A DNA stretch of 64,000 nt, from assembly GCA_963708025.1 (NCBI GenBank), contig CAVPSB010000037.1, positions 10,200 to 74,199 on the forward strand, read 5' to 3'. Shown piece by piece: positions 1 through 9,345 of the stretch. Position 1 is the first letter of the stretch, and every line of letters begins with the position of its first letter. The position numbers were made by a program, and so were the translations under genes. The DNA comes from an uncultured Candidatus Rokubacteria bacterium (GTDB lineage Bacteria > Methylomirabilota > Methylomirabilia > Rokubacteriales > DASRDR01). The notes beneath the pieces were generated by a model that saw only the letters and a list, made by a program, of their open reading frames with translations, ran no database searches and was not told the origin of the DNA.

Positions 1-698
1 ACCTGACGCTGCAGTTCGGCATGCATCAGGCCGTGGCCTGCGCCGAGGCCGGGGTCACGCTCATCTCGCCGTTCGTGGGGCGCATTCTCGACTGGTACAA
101 GAAGGCCGAGAAGCGCGACAGCTACCCGCCGGCCGAGGATCCGGGCGTGAAGTCCGTCACCACGATCTACAACTACTACAAGAAGTTCGGGTACAAGACC
201 GAGGTCATGGGGGCGAGCTTCCGCAACAAGGACGAGATCATCGAGCTCGCCGGCTCTGACCTGCTGACGATCGCGCCCAAGCTGCTCGACGAGCTCCGGA
301 ACGGAACCGGGACGCTCGTGCGCAAGCTCGATCCGGCCAAGGCCAAGGCGATGCCCATCGAGCGGATCAAGATGGACGAGCCGACCTTCCGCGCGATGCA
401 TGCCAAGGACCGGATGGCCCAGGAGAAGCTCGAGGAAGGCATCGTGGGATTCTCGAAGGCCATCGAAGCCCTGGAGAAGCTGCTGACCGAGCGCTACCAC
501 GTGATGCACGACCGGGTCGTGGCGGGAGAGGCCGCGCGCGCGTTCTTCAAGGCCTACGACCACGACGGCGACGGCCACATCACCCGGGAGGAGTGGGCGG
601 GGAACGCGGCCGTCTTCGAGGCGCTGGACGGCGACCACGACGGCAGCATCACGGTGGAGGAGCTGGCCGCCGGCCTGGGGGCCGCGCACCATCTGTGA
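1..698 (+). CDS. tal: Transaldolase with C-terminal EF-hand pair (5' end outside window)
   Basis: [13 protein letters not shown] and EVMGASFRN motifs; C-terminal [12 protein letters not shown] and [12 protein letters not shown] loops. Confidence 0.93.
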   Translation, partial: LTLQFGMHQAVACAEAGVTLISPFVGRILDWYKKAEKRDSYPPAEDPGVKSVTTIYNYYKKFGYKTEVMGASFRNKDEIIELAGSDLLTIAPKLLDELRNGTGTLVRKLDPAKAKAMPIERIKMDEPTFRAMHAKDRMAQEKLEEGIVGFSKAIEALEKLLTERYHVMHDRVVAGEAARAFFKAYDHDGDGHITREEWAGNAAVFEALDGDHDGSITVEELAAGLGAAHHL

Positions 699-718
699 TC
701 GGACCCGCGCCGTCCCGG

Positions 719-733
719 GGGCCCTTCGGGCCC
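719..733. terminator. Short hairpin after tal (GGGCCC-TTC-GGGCCC)
   Basis: Perfect 6-bp stem 20 nt after the stop; no U-tract. Confidence 0.35.
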
Positions 734-766
734 AACGGTGACCGCGAGGTCCGGCAACGAGGAGCG

Positions 767-800
767 CCAGGGGGTCACGGCGCAGGCCGTGACCCCCTGG
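767..800. repeat. Perfect 15-bp-stem intergenic hairpin
   Basis: CCAGGGGGTCACGGC-GCAG-GCCGTGACCCCCTGG. Confidence 0.8.
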
Positions 801-855
801 TCGTCTCGGGATCCCGGCGACGCCAGCGGCCAGATGTGCCCGGCGAGGCCGCCCC

Positions 856-1641
856 GTGACCGCCCGCGGTCCCGGCCCCGACGAGGCCCAGGCCCGGCTG
901 ATCGACACCGTCCGGAGCTGGATCGCCGCGGCGCGTCGGATCGTCGTGCTCACCGGCGCCGGCATCTCGACGGACTCCGGCATCCCGGATTTTCGCGGCC
1001 CCCAGGGTGTCTGGACGAAGAACCCGGAGGCCGAGAAGCTGGCGACCATCCAGCACTACGTGGCCGACCCCGAGATCCGGAAGCGCGCCTGGCGTACCCG
1101 CGTGGACTCGGGCGCCTGGCAGGCGGGACCCAACGCCGGCCACCTGGCGCTGGTGGCCCTCGAACGCCGCGGGATCCTCGACACGCTCATCACCCAGAAC
1201 GTGGACGGCCTGCACGGGCTGGCCGGCTCCTCGCCCGGGCGCGTGATCGAGATCCACGGCACGATCCGCGCGGTGGTGTGCCTGGACTGCGGCGAGCGGG
1301 CGCCCACCGAGCGACTGCTGGCCCGGCTGAGGGACGGCGAGGAGGATCCGCCCTGCCGCTCGTGCGGCGGTATCCTGAAGACGGCCACCATCTCGTTCGG
1401 CCAGGCCCTGGTCCCCGAGGACCTGAGACGGGCCGAGGCCGCCGCGCGCCGGGCGGACCTGCTGCTGGCCGTCGGCACCAAGCTCTCGGTGTGGCCGATC
1501 GCCGGCGTGGTGCCGGTGGCGAAGGAAGCCCACGCCCGGGTGGTGATCGTCAACGCGGAGCCCACCGAGATGGACGGGCTCGCCGACGCCGTCCTGCGCG
1601 GCTCGATCAGCGACCTGCTCCCGCGCCTCGTCGGAGACTAG
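856..1641 (+). CDS. cobB: Sir2-family NAD-dependent deacylase
   Basis: GAGISTDSGIPDFRG, TQNVDGLH, HG and two CxxC motifs. Confidence 0.92.
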   Translation: MTARGPGPDEAQARLIDTVRSWIAAARRIVVLTGAGISTDSGIPDFRGPQGVWTKNPEAEKLATIQHYVADPEIRKRAWRTRVDSGAWQAGPNAGHLALVALERRGILDTLITQNVDGLHGLAGSSPGRVIEIHGTIRAVVCLDCGERAPTERLLARLRDGEEDPPCRSCGGILKTATISFGQALVPEDLRRAEAAARRADLLLAVGTKLSVWPIAGVVPVAKEAHARVVIVNAEPTEMDGLADAVLRGSISDLLPRLVGD

Positions 1642-1797
1642 CGCGCCTCGTTACCGGCCCGCGTCGCCCGGTCCCACCGGGTTCCGTCGGCCGGTCCGGC
1701 GCCAGCCGACGTCGGTCGAGCACTCGACCACGCGGAGGTGTATCGTGAAGCCGTGTCTCGACATCGAGTCCAGGGGCGCCGATTCCAGGAGGGAGTC

Positions 1798-2397
1798 ATG
1801 CGGAACGTGACGGCAGGGCTGATCGTGAGCGGGATGCTGGTGGGGCTGGCCGGGGCCACGTGGGCGGACGCGCCCCGGGTGGCGCAGGCGACGGGGGCGC
1901 CGAAGGCGATGCCGGGCAAGGCGGTGGCGAGCTCGGTGAAGGTCCGGGGGACGATCGACGCCATCGACAAGGAGAAGGGCACGGTCACTCTGAAGGGGCC
2001 CAAGGGCCGTACCGTCACCCTCGAGGTCAGGGACCCGTCGAAGCTCGAGGCAATCAAGGTGGGAGATCCGGTCGTGGCCACTTACATGGAGGCGGTGGCC
2101 TTCCAGGTCCGGAAGGCGGGGACCGCGGCGCCCGGCGCCAGCGTGCAGGAGGCCCGGGTCGGCTCCAAGCCGGGCGAGAACCCGGCCGGGGCCGTCGGCC
2201 GCGAGGTCACGGTGACCGCGACCATCACCGCGATCGACAAGAAGGCGAAGACCGTCACCCTCAAGGGTCCTCAGGGCAATAGCGAGACCGTCAAGGTCCA
2301 GGACCCGAAGAACCTCGAGGGCGTCAAGGCGGGCGACCTGGTCGACATCACCTACACCCAGGCCCTCGCCGTCGCGCTCGACAAGCCGGCGAAGTAG
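1798..2397 (+). CDS. Secreted protein with two tandem OB-fold-like repeats
   Basis: Signal peptide; duplicated AIDKxxxTVTLKGPxG...KVGD/KAGD module; RBS before ATG 1798. Confidence 0.75.
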   Translation: MRNVTAGLIVSGMLVGLAGATWADAPRVAQATGAPKAMPGKAVASSVKVRGTIDAIDKEKGTVTLKGPKGRTVTLEVRDPSKLEAIKVGDPVVATYMEAVAFQVRKAGTAAPGASVQEARVGSKPGENPAGAVGREVTVTATITAIDKKAKTVTLKGPQGNSETVKVQDPKNLEGVKAGDLVDITYTQALAVALDKPAK

Positions 2398-2594
2398 CCG
2401 GGCTCGGCCTGCCGTCGGCCCTCGCCCCGGGGACGGGCGTGCGGTATGCCGCCTCGGCGCCGGCGGCCGGGGTGGGCGGACTACCCGGTGCGGCGGTGGA
2501 GGACCTCTGCTTGATCAGGGCCGCCACGGGCCGGGGTTGCCGGGCAGGGACCGGCGAGCGAGGAGAAGGGGCATCGTCATGACTACCGCCCCGC

Positions 2595-3098
2595 TCACGG
2601 CCCGATCGCCCGGCGGTAGTCCTCGAAGAACTCCGCAACCAGCGCGTCCGTGAGCGGGATGACCCCGGAGCCCGACCGGTGCCAGGGCACCCGGACGGGG
2701 CGCTCCGCCTGCCAGACGATCGCGCGCACGGGCCCGGCCACCCCTGGCACCGTCACCGCGCGCTCCACCGCGAGACGGACGAAGCCGAGCCCATAATGCC
2801 CCGAGAACGGCAGGTAGAAGCCCCGCAGCTCGGTCGCGCTCACCCGGTGGATCGAGACCGTCAGCCGGAGCGTGTCGGAGCTGCCGGGATCGACGGCGAG
2901 GGCCGGTCAACCGGCGCGCAGGGCGGCATCCAGGCGGCCCACCAGCTCCTCGGCGGCCACGCCGGGGTGATCGGGGGACACGACGACCTCGAGCGCCAGC
3001 CGATCGAGCGCCCCGAGGCCGGCGGCCGGCGCCTGCGTCGCTGCCGCGATCAGCAGCGCTGCGAGCAGCAATGGGAGGATCGTCCGTGTCGGGTACAA
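2595..3098 (-). pseudogene. Putative exported protein interrupted by an in-frame TGA at 2907-2909
   Basis: ORFs 2907..3203 and 2595..2843 share a frame and read continuously across one TGA; signal-like N-terminus; start uncertain. Confidence 0.55.
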
Positions 3099-3525
3099 CA
3101 GGTGAGTCCCAACGCAAGGCGTGACCGGGCGCGGCCTCCCGTCCCGGACGGTCCCGCCGGGAGGACCGGATGGCGCCTTCGCCTCGGCTAGACTAGCCGG
3201 CATTCGAGATGAGCGTCCCAGCGTTCCGTGTTCGCCGGTGTACGCGGCTGCGAGCAGTGACGGCTGGTTACACGAACGACCGGGCGCAATAATACCAAGG
3301 ATGCGGCGAACGAGGCGAGGTCAGCGATGACGCCGCCCGGACGAGGCGATGCAGCGGACGAAGCGTGGCCCGACTGGACACGATGAAGCGCCACGACCGA
3401 TCGAACCGGGCGATCCCGGGGAAGCCCTTCGGCGAGCTGGCGGCGGTGCCGAAGGATGCGGCGCCGTTGCCCGGCGAGGTGGCGCCACGCCCCCGGCTGC
3501 GCCCGGCGCTGACGACGGATTGCCG

Positions 3526-4098
3526 GTGACGGCCCCCGCGCCGCGCCTGCTCTCCACGCCCGACCTGGTCGGCGAGCTGCTGCGCCTCGCCGACCGAGGG
3601 TTTCCCCGGGACGACGTCCACCGCCTGCTCGCGACGACGCGCCTCGAGCCCGCCTCGCTCGATCGCCACGTCCGCTTCGCGCCGGGGCGATACACCCGGC
3701 ACCTGGTGCACAAGAGCCCGGAGGTCGAGGTCCTCGTCCTGTGTTGGGCGCGGGGCAGCCGGGCCCCGATCCATGGTCACGAGGGGGAGCTGTGCTGGGC
3801 GCGGGTTGAGCGCGGGGCGCTGCGCTTTGCGAGCTGGCGGGAGGTATCGCGGACCCCGCTCCGGGTCATCCCGGTGGGCGAGCCGGTGCAGGGCGGTCCC
3901 GGTCACCTCGACGGCCCGGCCGAGCTCCACTCGGTCGAGAACCCGGCGGCGCTGGACCAGGATGCCGTGAGCCTCCACGTCTACTCGAAGCCGTACGACG
4001 AGTGCGACATCTACGATGTGGAGCGAGGTGAGGTACGGCGGGTCCGCCTCCGGTACGACTCGGTCGCGCACCTCGAGCCCCCCGACAGAGGCGCCTGA
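3526..4098 (+). CDS. Cysteine dioxygenase family protein
   Basis: RYTRHL, IHGH...LHSVEN three-His set and SLHVYS motif; GTG start inferred. Confidence 0.85.
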   Translation: MTAPAPRLLSTPDLVGELLRLADRGFPRDDVHRLLATTRLEPASLDRHVRFAPGRYTRHLVHKSPEVEVLVLCWARGSRAPIHGHEGELCWARVERGALRFASWREVSRTPLRVIPVGEPVQGGPGHLDGPAELHSVENPAALDQDAVSLHVYSKPYDECDIYDVERGEVRRVRLRYDSVAHLEPPDRGA

Positions 4099-4362
4099 GA
4101 CGGCCACCTCTGGAGCAGCGCCCCGCTCGCCGCGGTGACGGGCTCGAGCCGGGCGGCGCCGCCCGTCGCCGAGCGAGCACGACCCACGAATCCAGAGAGA
4201 CACGCGTCTCTTCGGCAATCCGTCCCAGCCGGAGACTCTGCCATCGTACTGCCCCTTCTTGAGCGCGACCGCCCAGAACACGGCGGGCGATGGCGCTCAT
4301 CCTGACCTCCCGTGCTTGGCCGAGTCTGGGGCGTTGGACCGGGTCGGGCGGGGTGACCGCGG

Positions 4363-4390
4363 CCTGGCTGCACCTTACAATGGTGCGACG
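4363..4390 (+). repeat. 28-bp direct repeat, copy 1
   Basis: CCTGGCTGCACCTTACAATGGTGCGACG; 25/28 identical to 7292-7319. Confidence 0.8.
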
Positions 4391-4658
4391 GAAGGAGTTC
4401 AAGTCGAAGTCGGACCACAACGGCAGCAAGGGCGACACCGGCATGTACGTGGTGAAGGCGGTGACGGACAAGATGGGCAAGCTCGACAAGAAGGGCCTCG
4501 CCCAGGCGATCAAGAGCTCCTGCTTCAGCGCCGAGCAGACGCCGGGGCTGCTGATGGACGTGTGCTTCGACGACGAGGGCGACATCGACCGCCTGGTCGA
4601 GGTGAAGGGCGGCAAGCAGGTGGTGGTGGAGACGCTGCTCCCGCCAGGGAAAAAGTAG
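4391..4658 (+). pseudogene. C-terminal fragment of a branched-chain amino-acid-type ABC substrate-binding protein
   Basis: SDHNGxKG..GMYVVKAVTDKMGKLD...LLMDVCFDDEGDIDR resembles LivJ-like C-termini; N-terminal part absent. Confidence 0.65.
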
Positions 4659-5429
4659 TTGAAAAGGAAGGTCGGGCTGGCGGCACTGACTTGCATCGAG
4701 TTGGCGCCGCCGGACCTCGTTTCCGCCGCGGCCGGTGCCGGCTACGACTACGTCGGCCTGCGGCTGATCCCGGTGGCGGGACAGACGTTGCCGGTGTTCG
4801 AGCAGCGCGACCTGGAGCGCCGCCTCGCCGACACCGGGGTCCGCGTTCTCGATGTCGAAGTGTTTCGTCTCTCTCCAGACGCCAACATCAATGAGTTCGA
4901 GCCAGCCATGGCCGTCGCCGCCCGCCTGTCGGCCACCGAGCTCCTGGTCCATGGTGCCGACCCGGACGAGGGCAGGCTGGTCGAATCCTTCTCGCGGCTT
5001 TGGGAGCTTGCGGCCCGCTACGGCCTGAACGCGAATCTCGAACCGATGCCCTGGGTCGAAGTCTCGACCGTGGCGAAGGCGAAGCGGATCATCAATGCTG
5101 CACGTAAGAAGAACGCCGCGATTCTGGTGGACGCGATCCATTTCTACCGCGCCGACAATAGCCTCGACGAGCTGAAAGGCGCCCCGCTGCGCTACATGCA
5201 GCTTTGCGACGCGCATCCCGGGCGCCCGACGGAAGTGCAGGAGCTCATGCGCCAGGCGCGCGGCGACCGGCTGTTTCCCGGCGAGGGCGCGCTCGACCTG
5301 CGCGGGCTGATGCGCGCGCTACCCGCCGACCTGCCGTTGAGCCTCGAAGTGCCGATCGCGCGGAAGATCGAGCCGTTCGAACGTGCCAGGCTCGCTTTGG
5401 AAGCGACCAAGAGATTCCTGGGTGAATGA
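4659..5429 (+). CDS. Sugar phosphate isomerase/epimerase-like TIM-barrel protein
   Basis: LEPMPW, VDAIHF, QLCDA, RLFPGEG, SLEVP motifs; TTG start; more AT-rich codons. Confidence 0.85.
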   Translation: MKRKVGLAALTCIELAPPDLVSAAAGAGYDYVGLRLIPVAGQTLPVFEQRDLERRLADTGVRVLDVEVFRLSPDANINEFEPAMAVAARLSATELLVHGADPDEGRLVESFSRLWELAARYGLNANLEPMPWVEVSTVAKAKRIINAARKKNAAILVDAIHFYRADNSLDELKGAPLRYMQLCDAHPGRPTEVQELMRQARGDRLFPGEGALDLRGLMRALPADLPLSLEVPIARKIEPFERARLALEATKRFLGE

Positions 5430-5615
5430 GGGGAGGACTCGCAGGCAAACCCGCGGACGTCACCGGCTATCGCTGAGCGGCCCCTTCTGGCGTCGTGACG
5501 ACGGCCCTCTGGGCGCCCGGCGCGTCCGCTGATTGGGCATCACGATTGCCGGGGAGCTCTGATGCGGATGAGAATCCCGCCGGATTCGCGCTCGAAGCGA
5601 GCGGGGGGGTAGGGC

Positions 5616-5777
5616 ATGGGAGTGTGGACGCCCGAGGGCTATCTCGAAGCCCTCCGGTTTGCAGCCGAGGCGCACGCAGGGCAGACCGTGCCGGGCACCA
5701 ACCTGCCGTACCTCCTCCACGTCACCTCGGTGGCCATGGAGGTCATCGCTGCTCTGCGGACGGAGGCTGGGCGGTAG
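5616..5777 (+). pseudogene. N-terminal fragment of an HD-domain (Mesh1/SpoT hydrolase-like) protein
   Basis: Manual translation MGVWTPEGYLEALRFAAEAHAGQTVPGTNLPYLLHVTSVAMEVIAALRTEAGR*; stops before the HD motif. Confidence 0.7.
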
Positions 5778-5998
5778 CCGCCAGCATTGCCGGCAGCGAT
5801 CACCGCGCCCGGGTCGGTGACGATCCGAACCGTGTCTGCCCATGTGGGCGCTCTGTATCGGAGCGAATAGATCCTCCTCCTCGTGAGAGTTTGGGCCGTC
5901 AGGGCCCCAGATCGGGCCCGGCCAGCCTCACCAATACGACGCCGGTGCCTGGCCCGAATCGACATTCGCCGGATGCGTTCCGCTGGTAGGATACGCGC

Positions 5999-6943
5999 AT
6001 GCCGGCCGGCGCCGTCGATCGCATCCGCGTCACCACCGTCGTCGACAACTACATCGACAACCTGCGCCAGGACGACGCGGTAGCCCGCCGGTACAGCGCG
6101 TTCGTGGCTGGGAAGATGCCGGATCTTCGGGCCGAGCACGGCCTCGCCCACATGGTCGAGGTCACCCGGGGCGGCGACCGGTTCACGATGGCCCTCGACT
6201 TCGGGCTTACGCCCGACACGATGAACCACAATTTCCGCGAGCTGGCGCTCGATCCGGCGGCGATCGACGCGCTCGCCCTCTCCCACGGCCACCGCGACCA
6301 TTGGGGCGGGCTGACCGGCTTCCTGCACGGGTGGCGGCGGCGGCTCCGCAGAGACTTGGCCTTCTACGGCGGCGTCGATCACTTCAGGCCCCGCTGGCAG
6401 CAGCGGGGGGAGCGCCGGGTCTACAGCGGCCGCCTGTCCCGAGACGAGATCGAGCGGTACGAGATCGACGTGCGGCTAGTCGCCCAGCCGACGCCGATCG
6501 CCGAGGGCTTGTGGCTCTCGGGCGAGATGCACGCCACCGAGGAGTGGGAGACCATTCCGTCGAATCTCCGCGTCGAGGAGGAAGGCGAGCTCCTCCAGGA
6601 CACGTTCATCGGCGAGCAGAGCCTCGTGGCCAACGTGCGCGACCGTGGCCTCGTCGTGGTCACGTCGTGCTCGCACCGGGGCATCGTCGGCATCTGCCGC
6701 AACGCCGTCCGCTTCACCGGGGTTCCGCGGGTGCACGCCGTCATCGGCGGCTTCCACCTGAGCGGTCTCGACGACGCGCGCATCACGCGGGTCGTCGACG
6801 CCTTTCGTGGCCTCGACGTGGAGCACATCGTGCCGCAGCACTGCACCGGCATCGAGGCCATCTGCGCGGTCATGCAACGGCTGCCCGGGCGCTTCACCGC
6901 CAGCTCGGTCGGCACCACGTTCGAGTTCGCAGCGCCCAACTGA
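5999..6943 (+). CDS. MBL-fold metallo-hydrolase
   Basis: AEHGL, LSHGHRDHWGG, CSHRG, GGFHL, PQHCTG motifs. Confidence 0.9.
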   Translation: MPAGAVDRIRVTTVVDNYIDNLRQDDAVARRYSAFVAGKMPDLRAEHGLAHMVEVTRGGDRFTMALDFGLTPDTMNHNFRELALDPAAIDALALSHGHRDHWGGLTGFLHGWRRRLRRDLAFYGGVDHFRPRWQQRGERRVYSGRLSRDEIERYEIDVRLVAQPTPIAEGLWLSGEMHATEEWETIPSNLRVEEEGELLQDTFIGEQSLVANVRDRGLVVVTSCSHRGIVGICRNAVRFTGVPRVHAVIGGFHLSGLDDARITRVVDAFRGLDVEHIVPQHCTGIEAICAVMQRLPGRFTASSVGTTFEFAAPN

Positions 6944-6986
6944 CATTTACAGCGCACACCACCACGCCAACCAGGAGGGATCGACC

Positions 6987-7190
6987 TTGGGCGAGCCGAA
7001 GCAGCTCTTCAGCGCAAGCCTGGCCCAGGACGCCGTCTACAAGACCGGTCTGCGCAGCTTCATGGAGTACCGCGACCTCGGCATCGAGAAGGCCACGCAT
7101 GGCAAGTTCCGGGCCCACACCATCCGGATCAAGAAGGAGTCGGCCGGCAACCACGGGCTGCACACGACCGGCCTGCACCAGCACAACTGC
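6987..7190 (+). pseudogene. Truncated cupin-domain protein
   Basis: RBS plus TTG; GLRSFMEYRDLGIEKATHGKFRAHTIR...TTGLHQH; similarity ends at CTAG 7191. Confidence 0.65.
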
Positions 7191-7291
7191 CTAGCCGCCC
7201 AGGACAGCTCACCGACGTGGTCGCTGGAGGCCATGACGAGCTTCAGGTCCACGCCGGCCTGGCGGCCCGCTAGCGCCGCCGGCGTGGCGAT

Positions 7292-7319
7292 CCTGGCTGC
7301 GCCTCACAATGGTGCTACG
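7292..7319 (+). repeat. 28-bp direct repeat, copy 2
   Basis: CCTGGCTGCGCCTCACAATGGTGCTACG. Confidence 0.8.
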
Positions 7320-7378
7320 ATACCCGTCCAGGGCCGGTCTCGGGCTTCCGGAAACCCGTGGCGCAAGGGGGGTCGGCG

Positions 7379-7873
7379 ATGAGGATCGTCCAGGGCGACG
7401 CGGTCCCGTTCGAGGAGCGCAAGCACCAGCACCGCCAGGGCACCTTTCGCTTCCGGCGGCTGCTCGAGGGGGAGCCGGGCTCGCCCGGCAACTTCTACTT
7501 CTCTGAGCCGATCATGATGGAGCCCGAGCACTTCGCGTGGGTGCCGGTGGAGGGCGAGCCCGGGGTCTCGGAGAAGCTCCTCGGGGTCTTCACCGAGCGA
7601 CGCACCGAGGCGGGGTTGCTCTGGGTCGAGCCCGGGGCCCGCCACCGGGCCCGCGGGCGGCGGATCTACCTCGTCGTGTCCGGAAGCGGGCGCGTCGGGG
7701 GGGAGCCCTTCCGCGCGTACACCACCGTCCTCCTCGAGCGCGGCGAGACGGCGGACTTCTCGAGCGAGGAGACCGCGGAGATCCTGTTCCTCGGCCTGCC
7801 CCGGGTCGAGCGCCTGGCCGAGGCGGCGGTCGCCGCGGAGCGCCGCGAGCCGGCCGGGCAGCCCGCGAGCTGA
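7379..7873 (+). CDS. Cupin-like hypothetical protein, possibly internally deleted
   Basis: MRIVQGD...LLEGEPGSPGNF joined directly to PIMMEP...EKLLGVFTERRTEAG. Confidence 0.6.
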   Translation: MRIVQGDAVPFEERKHQHRQGTFRFRRLLEGEPGSPGNFYFSEPIMMEPEHFAWVPVEGEPGVSEKLLGVFTERRTEAGLLWVEPGARHRARGRRIYLVVSGSGRVGGEPFRAYTTVLLERGETADFSSEETAEILFLGLPRVERLAEAAVAAERREPAGQPAS

Positions 7874-7901
7874 CGAGAAGCATCGCGCTCCCGGAGGATC
7901 C

Positions 7902-9290
7902 GTGAAGACGGCGGCCGAGCGGCTGGCGGCGTTCGCGACGGAGCTCGCCTACGAGGCGATCCCGCCCGACGTCGTCGAGACGGCCAAGCTCCACCTCCTC
8001 GACACGCTGGGGTGTGGCCTCGCCGCGCACGGGCTCGACGTCGCGACCGCGGGGCGGGCAGTGGCGGCCGAGATGGGGGGCACGCCGGAGGCGACGGCGA
8101 TCGGCCTCGCCCGCCGGCTGCCGGCGGCGCAGGCGGCGCTGGCCAACGGCATGCTGTGCCACGGCCTCGACTTCGACGACACGCACGCCGACGCCGTCTG
8201 CCACGTGAGCGTCGTCGTCGGGCCGGCGGCGCTCGCGGTCGGCGAGGCGCGGGGCGCGCCGGGCCGGGACGTCGTCGCTGCCCTCGTCGGCGGCAACGAG
8301 ATCGTGGCGCGCCTCGGCATGGCCGCCGGCGGCCTCTTCCACCGCCGCGGCTTCCACCCGACCGGTGTCTGCGGCGTGTTCGGCGCCACCGCGGCCGCCG
8401 CGCGGCTCGACGGCCTCGATGACCGGGCCGCCGCCCGCGCCCTCGGCATCGCCGGGAGCCTGGCCTCGGGCCTCCTCGCCTTTCTCGAGGACGGCTCGCC
8501 GACCAAGCCGATCCATCCGGGCTGGGCGGCCCACGGCGCGGTCATGGCGGCGCGCCTGGTCGCCCACGGGGCCGCCGGCCCCGCGGCCGTCCTCGAGGGC
8601 CGCTACGGGCTCTACGACGCCTTCGTCGGCCAGGACGGCCGGGCCCTCGAGCGCGAGCTCGCCGACCTGGGCGCCCGGTGGGAGACCCGGCGGATCGCCT
8701 GCAAGCCCTATCCCGCCTGCCACTACGTGCACGGCGTGCTCGGGGCCGTCCGGGAGGCGACCGGCAGCCAGGCGCTGGCGCCCGACGAGATCGTGGAGGT
8801 CGTCGTCACCGTCCCCGAGGCGAGCGTGCCGATCGTGCTCGAGCCGGCCGCGGCGAAGGTCGCGCCCCGGACCGAGTACGAGGGGAAGTTCTCGCTCCCG
8901 TACTCGACGGCGGCGATGCTCGTGCACGGGACCGTCGGGGTGGCGACCTACACGGAGAAGGCGATCGGTGACCCGGTGGTCCTCGAGGTCGCGCGGCGCG
9001 TCCGCTACGAGACCCGGCCCTACCCGACCGCGGCGCGCGCGTTCCCCGGGGGCATCCGGATCCGCCTCCGGGATGGCCGCACGCTGGAGGCGGACTGCCC
9101 GTACCAGAAGGGCGCCCCCGAGAACCCGCTCTCGCCGGCGGAGGTCGTGACGAAGTTTCGCGGGAACGCCGGGCTCGCGCTCCCGCCCGCGGCGGTGGCG
9201 GCGCTCGAGGCTGCCGTCCTCGACCTCGAGGGCGTTGGCGATCTTCCTGCGGCGCTCGCGCCCCTCCGCGACGCCATCCGGATCCGGTGA
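7902..9290 (+). CDS. MmgE/PrpD family protein
   Basis: HGLDFDDTH, GFHPTG, KPYPACHY, KFSLPY motifs. Confidence 0.93.
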   Translation: MKTAAERLAAFATELAYEAIPPDVVETAKLHLLDTLGCGLAAHGLDVATAGRAVAAEMGGTPEATAIGLARRLPAAQAALANGMLCHGLDFDDTHADAVCHVSVVVGPAALAVGEARGAPGRDVVAALVGGNEIVARLGMAAGGLFHRRGFHPTGVCGVFGATAAAARLDGLDDRAAARALGIAGSLASGLLAFLEDGSPTKPIHPGWAAHGAVMAARLVAHGAAGPAAVLEGRYGLYDAFVGQDGRALERELADLGARWETRRIACKPYPACHYVHGVLGAVREATGSQALAPDEIVEVVVTVPEASVPIVLEPAAAKVAPRTEYEGKFSLPYSTAAMLVHGTVGVATYTEKAIGDPVVLEVARRVRYETRPYPTAARAFPGGIRIRLRDGRTLEADCPYQKGAPENPLSPAEVVTKFRGNAGLALPPAAVAALEAAVLDLEGVGDLPAALAPLRDAIRIR

Positions 9291-9309
9291 GAGACGGCCT
9301 AGTCATCAG

Positions 9310-9345
9310 CCGCTCCGGCTGGGCGGTGGGCGGGAGGTCCCGAAC
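9310..9345 (+). repeat. Palindromic intergenic repeat family, short copy
   Basis: CTCCGGCT-GGGCGGTGGGCGGGAGGTCCCGAA, matches 12888-12920. Confidence 0.65.

Noticed and set aside
856-1641. Sir2 protein as an anti-phage effector
   Set aside because: Canonical zinc-binding CobB-type deacylase next to tal, with no defence partners.
3340-3470. Possible SAM-I or glycine riboswitch before the cysteine dioxygenase (GACTGG..CGATGAAGC, GGTGCCGAAGG)
   Set aside because: The conserved core strands and P1 pairing could not be found; a covariance-model search would be needed.
4363-7319. Integron cassette array
   Set aside because: No attC core pairs (RYYYAAC/GTTRRRY) around the genes and no intI.
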